DNA of 64,000 nucleotides, from contig NC_057731.1 in the NCBI RefSeq assembly GCF_004010195.1, positions 17,822,720 through 17,886,719 on the forward strand, read 5' to 3'. Of this stretch, positions 1 to 11,409 are shown in pieces. The notes beneath the pieces are model-generated. The model was not told where the DNA came from. It saw only the letters and a list, made by a program, of their open reading frames with translations, and ran no database searches. Each line of letters starts with the position of its first letter. Positions within the stretch are counted from its first letter, which is position 1. The position numbers were made by a program, and so were the translations under genes. The DNA is from Chiloscyllium plagiosum (lineage: Eukaryota).

Positions 1-221
1 TTTAATTTGCAAAGTTCAAGTCACAAGTGCAATGGTTTACTCATGATTTATCTGGATGGGTACTGTCACAACATCAGTGAAGAAGTTTGACACCAACCAG
101 CATAAAGCAGCCTTTGCTCCTTCTTCCAAAGTTTATCAGAGTAACTAGAGATGGACAATAAGTATGAATTTGTCAGAATGTCATACCTTCAGAAAGATTT
201 GAAAAAAAAAAGATGCTTGTT

Positions 222-1900
222 AATATAGAACATAGAAGAATACAGCGCAGTACAGGCCCTTTGGCCCTCGATGATGCGCAGATCCAAGCCCACCTAACCT
301 ACACTAGCCCACTATCCTCCACATGCCTATCCAATGTCCGCTTAAATGCCCATAAAGAGGGAGAGTCCACCACTGCTACTGGCAGGGCATTCCATGAACT
401 CACGACTCGCTGAGTAAAGAACCTACCCCTAACATCTGTCCTATACCTACCACCCCTTAATTTAAAGCTATGCCCCTTCGTAATAGCTGACTNNNNNNNN
501 NNNNNNNNNNNNNNNNNNNNNNNNNNNNNNNNNNNNNNNNNNNNNNNNNNNNNNNNNNNNNNNNNNNNNNNNNNNNNNNNNNNNNNNNNNNNNNNNNNNN
601 NNNNNNNNNNNNNNNNNNNNNNNNNNNNNNNNNNNNNNNNNNNNNNNNNNNNNNNNNNNNNNNNNNNNNNNNNNNNNNNNNNNNNNNNNNNNNNNNNNNN
701 NNNNNNNNNNNNNNNNNNNNNNNNNNNNNNNNNNNNNNNNNNNNNNNNNNNNNNNNNNNNNNNNNNNNNNNNNNNNNNNNNNNNNNNNNNNNNNNNNNNN
801 NNNNNNNNNNNNNNNNNNNNNNNNNNNNNNNNNNNNNNNNNNNNNNNNNNNNNNNNNNNNNNNNNNNNNNNNNNNNNNNNNNNNNNNNNNNNNNNNNNNN
901 NNNNNNNNNNNNNNNNNNNNNNCCGGCCAATTCCTAATCCAAACCTCCAACTCACCCTCAATGCCATAGCTCCGTATTTTTTGCAGTAGTCTACCATGGG
1001 GAACCTTATCAAACACCTTACTAAAGTCCATATACACCACATCTACTGCTTTCCACTCGTCCACCTCTTTAGTCACCTTCTCAAAGAATTCAATAAGGTT
1101 TGTGAGGCACTACCTGCCCTTCACAAAACCATGCTGACTATCCTTGGTCACATTATTCCTATCCAGATGTTCATAAATCCTATCCCTTACAATTCTCTCC
1201 ATGATTTTGCCCACAACAGAAGTGAGACTCACCGGCCTATAGTTACTAGGGTTATCCCTACTCCCCTTCTTGAACAAGGGAACCACATTTGCTAGCCTCC
1301 AATCTTCTGGCACTACTCCTGTAGACAACGAGGACATAAAAATTAAGGCCAATGGCTCTGCAATCTCCTCCCTTGCTTCCCAGAGAATCCTAGGATAAAT
1401 GCCATCAGGCCCAGGGGACTTATCTATTTTCACCCTTTCCAGAATTTCCAACACCTCTTCTCTACATACCTCAAAGTCATCCATTCTACTTAATTGTGAC
1501 TCAGTATTCACATTGACAACAATGTCCTGTTCCTGATTGAATACTGACGAAAAGTATTCATTCAGTGTCTCCCCAATCTCTTCAGCCTCCACACGCAACT
1601 TCCCACTACTATCCTTGACTGGACCTATTCCTACCCTAATCATTCTTTTATTCATGACATACTTATAGAAAGCCTTTGGGTTTTCCCCAATTCTACCAAC
1701 TAAGGACCTTTCATGTCCCCTCCTTGCTGCTCTTAGCTCTCTTCAGGTCCTTCCTGGCTACCCTATAACTCTCAATCGCCCCATTTGAACCTTCACGCCT
1801 CATCTTTACATAGGCCGCCCTCTTCCCTTTAACAAGGGATTCCAATTCCTTATTAAACCACGGCTCCCTCACACGACCCTTTCCTCCCTGCCTGACAGGT
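222..1900 (-). mobile_element. CR1/HER1 LINE, 5'-truncated ORF2 plus 3' tail, spanning an assembly gap
   Basis: ORFs read KSPGPDGIYPRIL..VPEDWRLANVVPLFKKG..NYRPVSLTS, VDVVYMDFSKVFDKVPH and GHSFKLRGGRYRTDVRGRFFTQRVV. Confidence 0.95.
493..922. other. Assembly gap (N run)
   Basis: Run of n. Confidence 1.
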
Positions 1901-3567
1901 GTTAATAAAGATTGCATCAGTAGTCAGTCATAGAAAAAAGTGAAGTTATGGGGATAAAGGCCACCTGTGCACTATTAATGCCCCAAGTTGATCACTTACA
2001 ATTGTATCTGTGAAGTGAAGTGAATTAAGTCAGTAAGGTAAGAGGTTGTTTTAGGGGACAATTTCATAGAGATTTAGAAGATAGTACATCCTAGAACTCA
2101 CACTAGAAAATGGTGTTGTATTGATGTCCGAAAGAGAATAGAAAAATGCCAGATATTTGAAAGCAAATGTACACAGTGAATTTTGGAGAACCAAGTACAG
2201 GTGCACAGAAAATAAAATTTGTTTTAATTTAATGCTTATGTTGGGCAGGAAACCTGGCCAACCGAAGCAACTCGAGATGAGAGAGTTTGAAATCATGAAG
2301 AAGCAACAGTTTGTCAGAGAATGAAAGTGCAACATTAAGCAGGAGATAAATGGAATAATACCTGGCATCCACACAGTTACAGATTGCTTTTCTGAAAGGT
2401 TGTGAGACTGAAGCAGGGGAGACCTGACCGTACGTGTGCAGTCCAGAAGAATAACCTGCTCCTTCTGTCCGCACAAGGAAAGAAAGAAACAAAAGTTGAA
2501 AGATTTGACTCAACAAAACATTTGTCACCCAGGCTCATCTTTCCATTGGGCTGAAAAGCTACTTACTCTTCAGAAATATGGTTATAATACAAGTTAGTTC
2601 ATAATGATGCCTTATCAACATTAAAGAGATACAGCTCGAATTCCCAGCAGGTAGCCTTCTTAAACTCTCAAACACAGGTTAAAAGTGAAGCAGGTGGTTG
2701 GTTAGCAGGTCAGTTATTCAGGTAATTGGTATTGCCTGTCCAACTTTTACAATGGCCCCACATATCACCCTTGGGAGGACCTGAGCATAAATATGATCAT
2801 GCAACTTTAGAGTTAAACTTAGTTTTCAAAGGGTTAAATATTCAACCTGTCAGAACTGAGAGAGTAAGATTAGAATTAAAGCAGGTTGGTTTTTTTCCAA
2901 CTTGAAACTGACATGAGAAGGAATGAAATAAAAATGAATAGAGAGTCCCTCATGTAAGAAAGCATAGCATGTTTTGTCATTACAGGAAACGATGTGGAAG
3001 ACCTTTATAATCATCAGCCACTGTTATTTTTGTTTATTCTGCTTCAAAATAAATCAGCAACTTGACTTGACATCAACCTCAGCTTTAACAGAGGCATCTT
3101 CAGCTCTGCTCATTGAAACACTAGAAAAGCTTAAGCACTCAGACTAATGTGCAAAAACCACAACGTTGTCACTGAACCCATGAAATTGTCCAGCAAAGAC
3201 ATTTCCTTTGTAACAGCAGATTTTTTTTTAAAAATGTTGCAGCTAACTTTGTTGTTTATTGGCCAAAAATGGAAGTTTGGGATACTTAGGTCATGTCTCC
3301 CATAGAAATGTCTGGACAGTTTTTAACATGGACCTTGTACAAACCCTTTTTTAGCAAGGTAGCAATGTGATGGACACACAAGATGGTGAGAGATATTTAA
3401 AATGTGGTGTTGACAGTTGCTCAATATAGAAATCCAATCAGTGAACAATTCATCCACAAATGTCTGGCCACTTAAGAAGGAATCTAGCATTTTGTTGTCG
3501 TCAACCACTTTGGATCTCCACTAGCCATTGAAGAAAAGGTTTTAAATAACAAGGCAAAGACATAGTA

Positions 3568-3867
3568 GGGACAGCACAATGGCTCAGTGGTTAGCACTAC
3601 TGCCTCACAGCACCAGGTTCAATTCCACTCTTGGCAAGTTGAGTTTGCACATTCTCCCAGTGTCTTTGTCAGTTTCCTCTGGGTGCTCTGGTTTCCTCCC
3701 ACAGTCCAAAGATATGCAGGGATGTGCATGCTAGGTGAGTGAGCCATGGGAAGTGCAGAGTTACAGAGATAGGGTATGGTGGTAGGTCATGGTGGTATGC
3801 TGTTCAGAGGGTCAGTATGGACTCCATGAGCTGAACGGACTGCTTCTGCCTGCAGGGATTCTATGAA
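3568..3867 (+). mobile_element. HE1-like tRNA-derived SINE
   Basis: A-box TGGCTCAGTGG, B-box GGTTCAATTCC, and the core gagtttgcacattctccc..ggtttcctcccacagtccaaaga shared with other copies. Confidence 0.85.
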
Positions 3868-6149
3868 TTTTGGGTAGGACGCTATAAGTGAGTGTGAGTT
3901 CATGGGTTTACATTAGCTGAAAGACCCACTGAAGTTAGTGCTCATGTGTATTACTGTAATATCTGTGGACTGAAGCTATACTAATTGCACCACGTTTTAC
4001 AATGAATGAAGAAAGCAGTAGATCAATCAAACCAAGTGTTTCTGTGTCTACTATTAAAGTACTATTAAACAAGCCTGCCCTCAAAGATTGAAGAAGCAAA
4101 AATAGAGTAAGATATGAAAGATCCAGTCTAGAACACAAGGGAGTATCATTGCTACATTCCTGGTGTCTTCTCCTGAGATATTCAATTTAAGGCAATGTGA
4201 GTCACTGTCTTCAAGAATTATTGAACCCGAAGAGATATCTGCGTGGCAGATCTCAACTTATAACTACATGCTATGAGCAGAATCTTTAGCAAAACATGAT
4301 CAATTAAATCTCATGAACCAGGAAAGTTTAAAACTCCTAATAAATACCATTCTATTGAAGCAGTTGCCAAAAGCCCAGTATTGACATAGTTCAAGAACTG
4401 TGTTCAGCAAAAAGTTAAGATGAGTGAAATAAAGCCCAATGTCTACATTTTTCATTAAAATGAGCAAAGACAGGAAATGAAGCCACTTCATGTCTCCAAT
4501 CTGCACTTTTATGTTCTATTACTTCCTTACTGAGGCAGCAACACACTTGATAAATCTTTATAAGTCGGCACAATAATTATTCTGGGAGCCAGTTCACATA
4601 CTTGATGAATCTTCAACTTGTGGTATTTTATCATTTGTTCTTGTTCTAATGCTTCCATCACAATGTAATCAGATATAATTTAGTTGGATGTTGAACTTTA
4701 CACAACAAAGCAGCTTAACATCATTCTAAAATTAGAGGAACTTGAAGGGAAAGTAGTTACTGTGCAATAGGGAAAGAGCAGATGAGTGTAACTAATTGGA
4801 TAGTTCTGCCAGAGAGCTGGCACAGGCACAAAGGCCCAAATTGCCTGCTTGGTGCAGCACAATACAATGAACTATTGTGAGAATTATTTCAGATTATAAA
4901 GCTGGTATTGATAGAGAAATGGCCAGAGAATGGTAACAAAGCACTGGGGTTCCGAGGGTTTGAAAAGGGTGCATTTGAAGAGTCGAAATGTCAGGGCGAC
5001 GCAGGGCAGAGCTTTATGTCTGCAAGAGTAGAGTGTGTGTACCGACTGAACTAGGGAGGAGCTGAAGTGTTGCTTTCCCTGTGGCAGTGTGGAATGCAGA
5101 GATTAAGCCAGGGGTGTGTTTGTGACAGGCCTCATGCTGTACTTGTCAGATATTTGCACGTCACAAACACTCCTTCATTGGGAGGCACATCAAATTCAGT
5201 CCAACCTTCAAGATCAAGTCAGTGGTGGGCAGGAATCTTGTGCTTCCCGTTTCTTGACAGCTTAAATATGGCGTGCATCAGCCAAGGTTGTTCAGTTGTT
5301 AGATCACAGGTGAGGTTTTTGTCTCAGCAGCACAGGGATGGTACCAGGAGGAAATACTGGGAAAGACCAACTGGGATTGGAGACCCTGGTGTCCGTGTCT
5401 TCAAACGGTGCATCAGTCGGGTAGGCAAAAGGGTGGGGTTGTGTCAGGGTCCTGAAGCAGTAGCACAGCAAGGCACTGGCAAGTTTGGGATAGATATGTG
5501 AAAGCAGCCAGGCTCTGGTCTACTGGATGAGATCCATCACTGCAGTAGATTCATCCTGTGTCTTTAAGGGAGGCAGTGAACCACAGATGGCAACTCAACA
5601 GACAAGGCAGAAACACTGAATCTGAAGCAAGGCACAACCAACATTAGCATCACAGTGTTATCATCCGTCAACGTAGAAGGAGGACTTGAAGTCAAGCCTT
5701 CTGCCTCTGAGATAGGGATATTACCACTAAATCACAAGAGTCCACTTGGAAATGGCTGCTAAGAAACTGCTACATTGATAGAGATCAGGTGCTGCTCATA
5801 GATATTCACTTTCAAGGAGACCAGAGGTCATAAGACAAGGCTATTGTGGACTGGGTAGAGTTCTAGTTGTGGTCCATGCAATGGTCACTCTTTCTCATTG
5901 GTTCCACTGTATCTGCTCAAGGCGTGAAAGCCTTGTAACAGAGATGCTTACAGTATTGCCTGGCATCCCCTCCCAGTTCACTCTGTGCATTTGTAAGGAG
6001 TCTTATGCACTCAACCCTTCTGCAACTCGGGTGATGTAGGAGAGGTTTCACCACAGTAGGACCTTGGTTACACAACAACATAGGCTACAATGCCTTCAAT
6101 CAACAACAGGGAGGTTCAGAAGGAGACACCGAGGTCTGTGTTCAATGGT

Positions 6150-7030
6150 ATTCAATTGGCTGGTCAGCACATTTTCAGAAAATACACTAGTTGGAGATGT
6201 CGAAGGCTTTCATGGGAGGCAGTCACTGACTTGAGGCCACCCCTGCAACAAGATGTGCAGCCCTCTATTGCAGGGAAGTCTACACCAGTCACCCTCCAGG
6301 GAACGAACGCCCTGAACTTCTACACATGCAGCTAATTCCAGTGCTCCAGAGAGGCATGTGTGGCATTGCTCAGACTACAACACATTGATGTGTATGGGAT
6401 GTGACAAAAGCCCTGTTCAGAGCACCACTACATTCATCAGATTCACAACAGATGCTGATAGCCAGGCCACCGGGGAAGAGCTGTGGGACCACAGTGCGAT
6501 TTCTAGACGTACAGGGTATATTTAACTGCACACACATTTGAGCTCCTGGAGACCAGCCAGCCACATTTGTAACTCAGAAAGGATTTCCCTCCCTTCACAT
6601 TCAAGTTGCCTGTGACCCTGGGGAAGCAATGTGCTCATTTCTCAGGGAGTTCTCACAACACACACATCTGAAAGATACCCATAGATACCACAGTTTTTTG
6701 AGGCCCCTGACCAAATGCAGGATTGGATCCGGGCTGACAAGGGCTATCCCCTCAGATTGTGGATAATGATAACAGTGTGTCATTGGGGGAAGGAGTGTTA
6801 CAATATGGTACACTGCTTTTCAAGGTCAAGCATAGAAATTGCATAAAAATGTGGCCCCAGTATCTTGACCGGTCCAGCGGGCTTTTACAATATGCACCAC
6901 AGAACGTATCCAGAACGGTTACATCTGTTGTGTCTCGCAAAAAGTGGTACTGCAAAGGGAAGAAGAATTGATGATCAAGGATGTGGAGGAGCAGTTAACC
7001 TCCTCAGAGGAAGATAACAAGGAGGAATGT
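6150..7030 (+). mobile_element. Decayed PIF/Harbinger (HARBI1-like) transposase
   Basis: Across frames: RLSWEAVTDL..ALNFYTCS*FQ..CGIAQ..CVWDVTKALF, VQGIFNCTHI (GAIDCTHI), FVTQKGFPSLHIQVACD (NRKGFHSxNVQxVCD) and GSSHN (GSxHD). Contains stops and frameshifts. Confidence 0.85.
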
Positions 7031-7809
7031 ATGCTAGCCTCCTATCCAGAGCTATCTCACTACACATGCTCTCTCTCCAGTAGGTTGCCAAGGGAGTGCG
7101 TCAGATAAAAAGAGATAATGCCCCTGGGGTACCAGCTTTGCACTGAAGCTCAAAATCACTGACACCACCATGTGCTATGTCTTAGTTCCTTGCCCATACT
7201 GCTAAGACCATGATTGCATGAGAAACAAATTACTTCTTACACTTATTGGTGACCATTCTAGTTGTCAAGCCGTTTGTGAGGATGCCATCAGATGCACTGC
7301 ATGCAGATAGTTTGTGTAACATTGGGATGAAAATTCGCATCAAATACATTACCATCTAATAAATACTGACCTCTAACACACTGTACATCAATGCTTATAC
7401 AGGTGAGATGTCCCTCAGACTCTTTCGTTCAAAGACTGCCAAATAGGAAACATAAGTGAAATATACCTTCCAAAGGAGGATGTCCCAACAAATTAGCATG
7501 ACGCACCTGACAGTCAGCTGTAAAAAACATATTTGGAATGCTATATATGTGTTCTATAACAGTATCTCAGCACCCGTGGCACTACTGCAGCCTAACATTT
7601 CTTCTATGATCACTGCACCTTATTGCAATCCCAACCTAAGGAGGCAGGCTGCCGGGAGTGATCCCCAACTGATAATTACAAATGGGACACGTTTCCACCA
7701 CACACACTTAAAATTTACATTGAGATTGTGAGCATTGTGCTCCTAGCATGGAAGTGGAAGTGGCACCCAATTTCTGTCCCACTGTTGGGAGCCATCATCT
7801 TCATATTAA

Positions 7810-8330
7810 ATTTTGTCTATTATGTTAAATTTAGATAGAACTTTGGTTCAGGTAAAACTAAAGTACTGTGCACAGTTTTGGTCTCTTATCTTGCAAAACA
7901 AAAGACATTCAGGCACTCCAGAAGGTGCAAAAATGACTTCTGTTCCAAAATTGCGAGGTTATACACATTAGGAAAGACTAAATAGACTGGTGATCCTTTC
8001 TCCAGTGAAGGCAAGCTGGCAGGATGACCCATTGGTGTTTAATGAAGGTTTTTCATAAGTTAAACATAGCAAATATTTGTGTGTGTCAGGAAATCCAAAA
8101 CTAGTAATAAATACAACTGTCAATAGTACAGCTAATGAGATACTCAGGAGAAACATCTTTACCCACAGAATGATTTAAATGAGGAACTAGCTGTCACATG
8201 GAATGGTTAAGGCTAATAGCACTGATATGTTTATTAGGAAGCAAGATAATTATGAAGGAGAAAGTTTTACCAAGGTATTCTGATAAGATTAGATAAAGTC
8301 AGATAGGAGGAAGCTTGTCATGGAGCAAAA
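7810..8330 (+). mobile_element. Old CR1 3' fragment
   Basis: Degenerate YRTLVR..LEYC.QFWS and aggagaaacatctttacccacaga (FFTQRVV) region. Confidence 0.7.
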
Positions 8331-8349
8331 ATGTCATGGTCTAGTTAGA

Positions 8350-8750
8350 TATTAAGACAGAGGCAGAAATAGACCACTCAGCCCATCAAGTCTGCTCCAC
8401 CATTAAATAGATCCATAGGCTGATGTGGTAAACCTCAACTCCATGTTTCTGTCTTTTCCCCATAACCCCGATTCTCTTACCAATTAAAAGTCTTTCTTAG
8501 CCTTGAATACACCAAAGAACCCAACCTCTAGAGCCTGCTGCAGTAAAGAATTCCATAAGTTCACTACCCTGAGAAGAAATTCCACCTCATCTCTGTCTCA
8601 AATGGGCAACCCCTTACTCTGAGATTAAGATCATTGGCCTTAGATTCTCCCACAAGGGTAGCCAATCTCACTGCATTGACTCTGTCAAGCCCCCTACCAA
8701 TCTTATTTGTTTAAATAAGGTCACCGGTCATTCTCCTAAATTCAAACAAG
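8350..8750 (-). mobile_element. CR1 3' end fragment
   Basis: Reverse complement of the CR1 tail (ctctgagattaa..ctagattctccc, gaagaaattc..ctcatctctgt), as at 20226-20710 and 28395-29090. Confidence 0.75.
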
Positions 8751-10139
8751 TTGGATCAATGACCCATTTCTATGCTGTAAACTCTACAGAATTCTGTGTG
8801 CTCTCTGGCCATATTATTGGCAAGAGACCAGTGATTTCCGTATTGAAAGAGATGTTTAAAGCTTCTTCATGCTGTTTATCCAAATTTCTGCTAATCGTTT
8901 GCTGAAAAATATTTGCAAGATTTCCATGCATTGGAACTTCATCTACAAGTGGTACACAGTGACTTTGGGGGTTTTACTCTGATTCTTAGTTGAACTATAA
9001 ATGCAAAAGTAAATTGTTTTTTCACAAATGTTCAAATTTGTAAGTCTACAGTATCTGGAAAACATTGGGTTAGGTCGCGAACTGGTTTCCCAGACATAAA
9101 ACTGGTGATACTGGTGTTGTCGATTGGTTGTTCTGTTATGGAAACTTCTGGAATTTTATTCCCACAATCTACAATGTCTGGCTCAGAAGTTGAAAATCTA
9201 ACAGCAAAATTCTACACGGTGCAAATATGCAAACAACAATGACTGGAGCAATCCTCATGAACCTATCAACATAAGGTGCCACTGCACCCTCCTGAATTGG
9301 AGAGCAACTTTAGGAGATTGCACTCGAACGATTAGACTTCTTCATAGGATGAGCTGTTTTTATGACTATAATCATATCGAAATCACTGAACTATTGAAAA
9401 TTTGCCCCTTCACAATTTAAAAAGAAACCTTGAGCAAACTGTAACCTGTTGAATGAGTTATAACTGCTTTAATCGCAAACTGATCTGATAACCACTGAAC
9501 AGGCTTCACTGACCCAGAAAAATTACCTTCATATTTGTGAAACAGATTTATGACTAAACCAATTACAATTTTAATTTAATGCTTTTTTTAAAAAAAAAGT
9601 TTGTTTCCTCTACTTCAGCTTCAACCTCAATCCCCCATATAAGTCTCAATTATTTATTTCACCCTGTTAAATATTAACTAAAATCAAAACACATTCCTGG
9701 TTTTCTAACTGTGTAAGTACATCAATGACCTTGTCTGTTGATCCTGCTTGCTAACATCATTGTTGTTTCATACCCGATGATCCAAATGACTTGGTAGTAG
9801 ATTCAAGTGCAGATCACAAAATGGGAAATCCACACCATAGAGAGCGTTAGATCTTTGTGTGTTTATTTTTTAATAAGAGGCTGTGTGTGAGAACTCCTAA
9901 TTTTTCCTGACCCTTATGTTTCTCTAACTATTCATCCTGTTCAAGCAGGTTGAATGTTCCAGCATTTTTATTTAACTGACTTTGAAAATCTATTCCTAAG
10001 TCTTGAACATATGGGAAAACAATATGGCATATAAGCAATACAGTTTCCTAAAAAGAATCATTTAATTGATTTCCCTTTTTATTGAGAACTCTTAACTGAG
10101 TGACAATTCTTGATCGCTGGTCTCCATTCTCATGCCCAT

Positions 10140-10525
10140 AAATTTCAGGTCACTCAAAACTATCCCCCTTCTCCTAAGTCATACTAGACTTGTCCCCTCA
10201 AAACCACTGGACTCACTGATCAGCACTGACTTATGGTGAAGCAATGCAGAATTGAACAATTCTTGTTCTTGAGTTTTAAACTCCATCATGGCCTCTTCCC
10301 TCCCGATTTCTGTATTGTCCTCTCACCCCACAACCCTCTGAGACACCCATGCACCTGCAATTCTGGTGTCTTGAGCCTCCCTGATTGTAATCACACTGGT
10401 AGTCTTCAGCAACCAGGATCCTAACATCCAAAATTCACTCCCTAAACATCTCCCCTTCTCCTTCCTCCTTTAAGAATCTACTTAAAACCTATCCATTTGA
10501 TCAAGACTTTATTTAATCAGCTCTA
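10140..10525 (+). mobile_element. L2 LINE 3' end
   Basis: VKQCRIEQFLFLSFKLHHGLFPP..HNPLR..NSGVL resembles the L2 C-terminus (PVxQRIxFKILxLxFKxLHGLAP..LRS). Confidence 0.7.
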
Positions 10526-10529
10526 TTAT

Positions 10530-11193
10530 CTACTTTTTGTCATTTTCATAAATGATTTGGATGGGAGCATAAGAGGTACAGTTAGTAAGTTTGCAGATGA
10601 CACCAAAATTGGAGGTGTAGGGAGTTGGGAGGTCATGTTGCGGCTGTACAGGACATTGGTTAGGCCACTGTTGGAATATTGTGAGTAATTCTGATCTCCT
10701 TCCTATCTGAAAATATTGTGAAACTTGAAAGGGCTCAGAAAAGATTTACATTAATGTTGCCAGGGTTGGAGGATTTGAGCTACTGGGAGAGGCTGAACAG
10801 ACTGGGCTGTTTTCCCTGGAGCGTCGGAGGCTGAGGAGAGCCTTATAGAAGTTTACAAAATCATGAGGGGCATGGATAGGGTAAATAGGCAAAGTCTTTT
10901 CCCTAGGGTGGGGAAGTCCAGAACTAGAGGGCGAGAGGGGTGAGAGGGGAAAGATATAAAAGAGACCTACGGGGCAACTTCTAACAGAAGGTGGTACACG
11001 TATGGAATGAGCTGCCAGAGGAAGTGGTGGAGGCTAGTACAATTACAACATTTAAGAGGCATTTGGATGGGTATATGAATCGGAAGGGTTTGGAGGAATA
11101 TGGGCCGGATGCTGGCAGGTGGGACTAGATTGGTCGGCATGGACGGATTGGACCGAAGGGTCTGTTTCCATGCTGTACATCTCTATGACTCTA
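10530..11193 (+). mobile_element. CR1/HER1 3' part with an internal deletion
   Basis: INDLD..SKFADDTKIGGV is joined directly to SWEVMLRLYRTLVRPLLEYC. Tail ctctatgactcta. Confidence 0.9.
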
Positions 11194-11409
11194 TCTCCTT
11201 AAATAGTGCAGTGTTAAATTTTATTGTATTACAATCTTGTGAAGCATCTTGGATGTTTAATGACATTAGGGATTCAGTAAAAGTACAAGTTGTTGTTAAG
11301 TGGGGTATTTTATGTTGTGGAGCTGCAACGTAAAAAGAAGAATGTTTTAACCAATGCTACATTGTATTGTACCACGTGCAATACTGTGAAATGTGATTCT
11401 TTGAACAAT

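Noticed and set aside
299-1076. Long ORFs (157-247 aa) in the ORF track
   Set aside because: They run through the N gap, and the flanks are CR1 ORF2.
2229-2528. Signal-peptide-like ORF MTNVLLSQIFQLLFLSFLVRTEG
   Set aside because: It starts at GTG, the hydrophobicity comes from a T-rich tract, and there is no homology.
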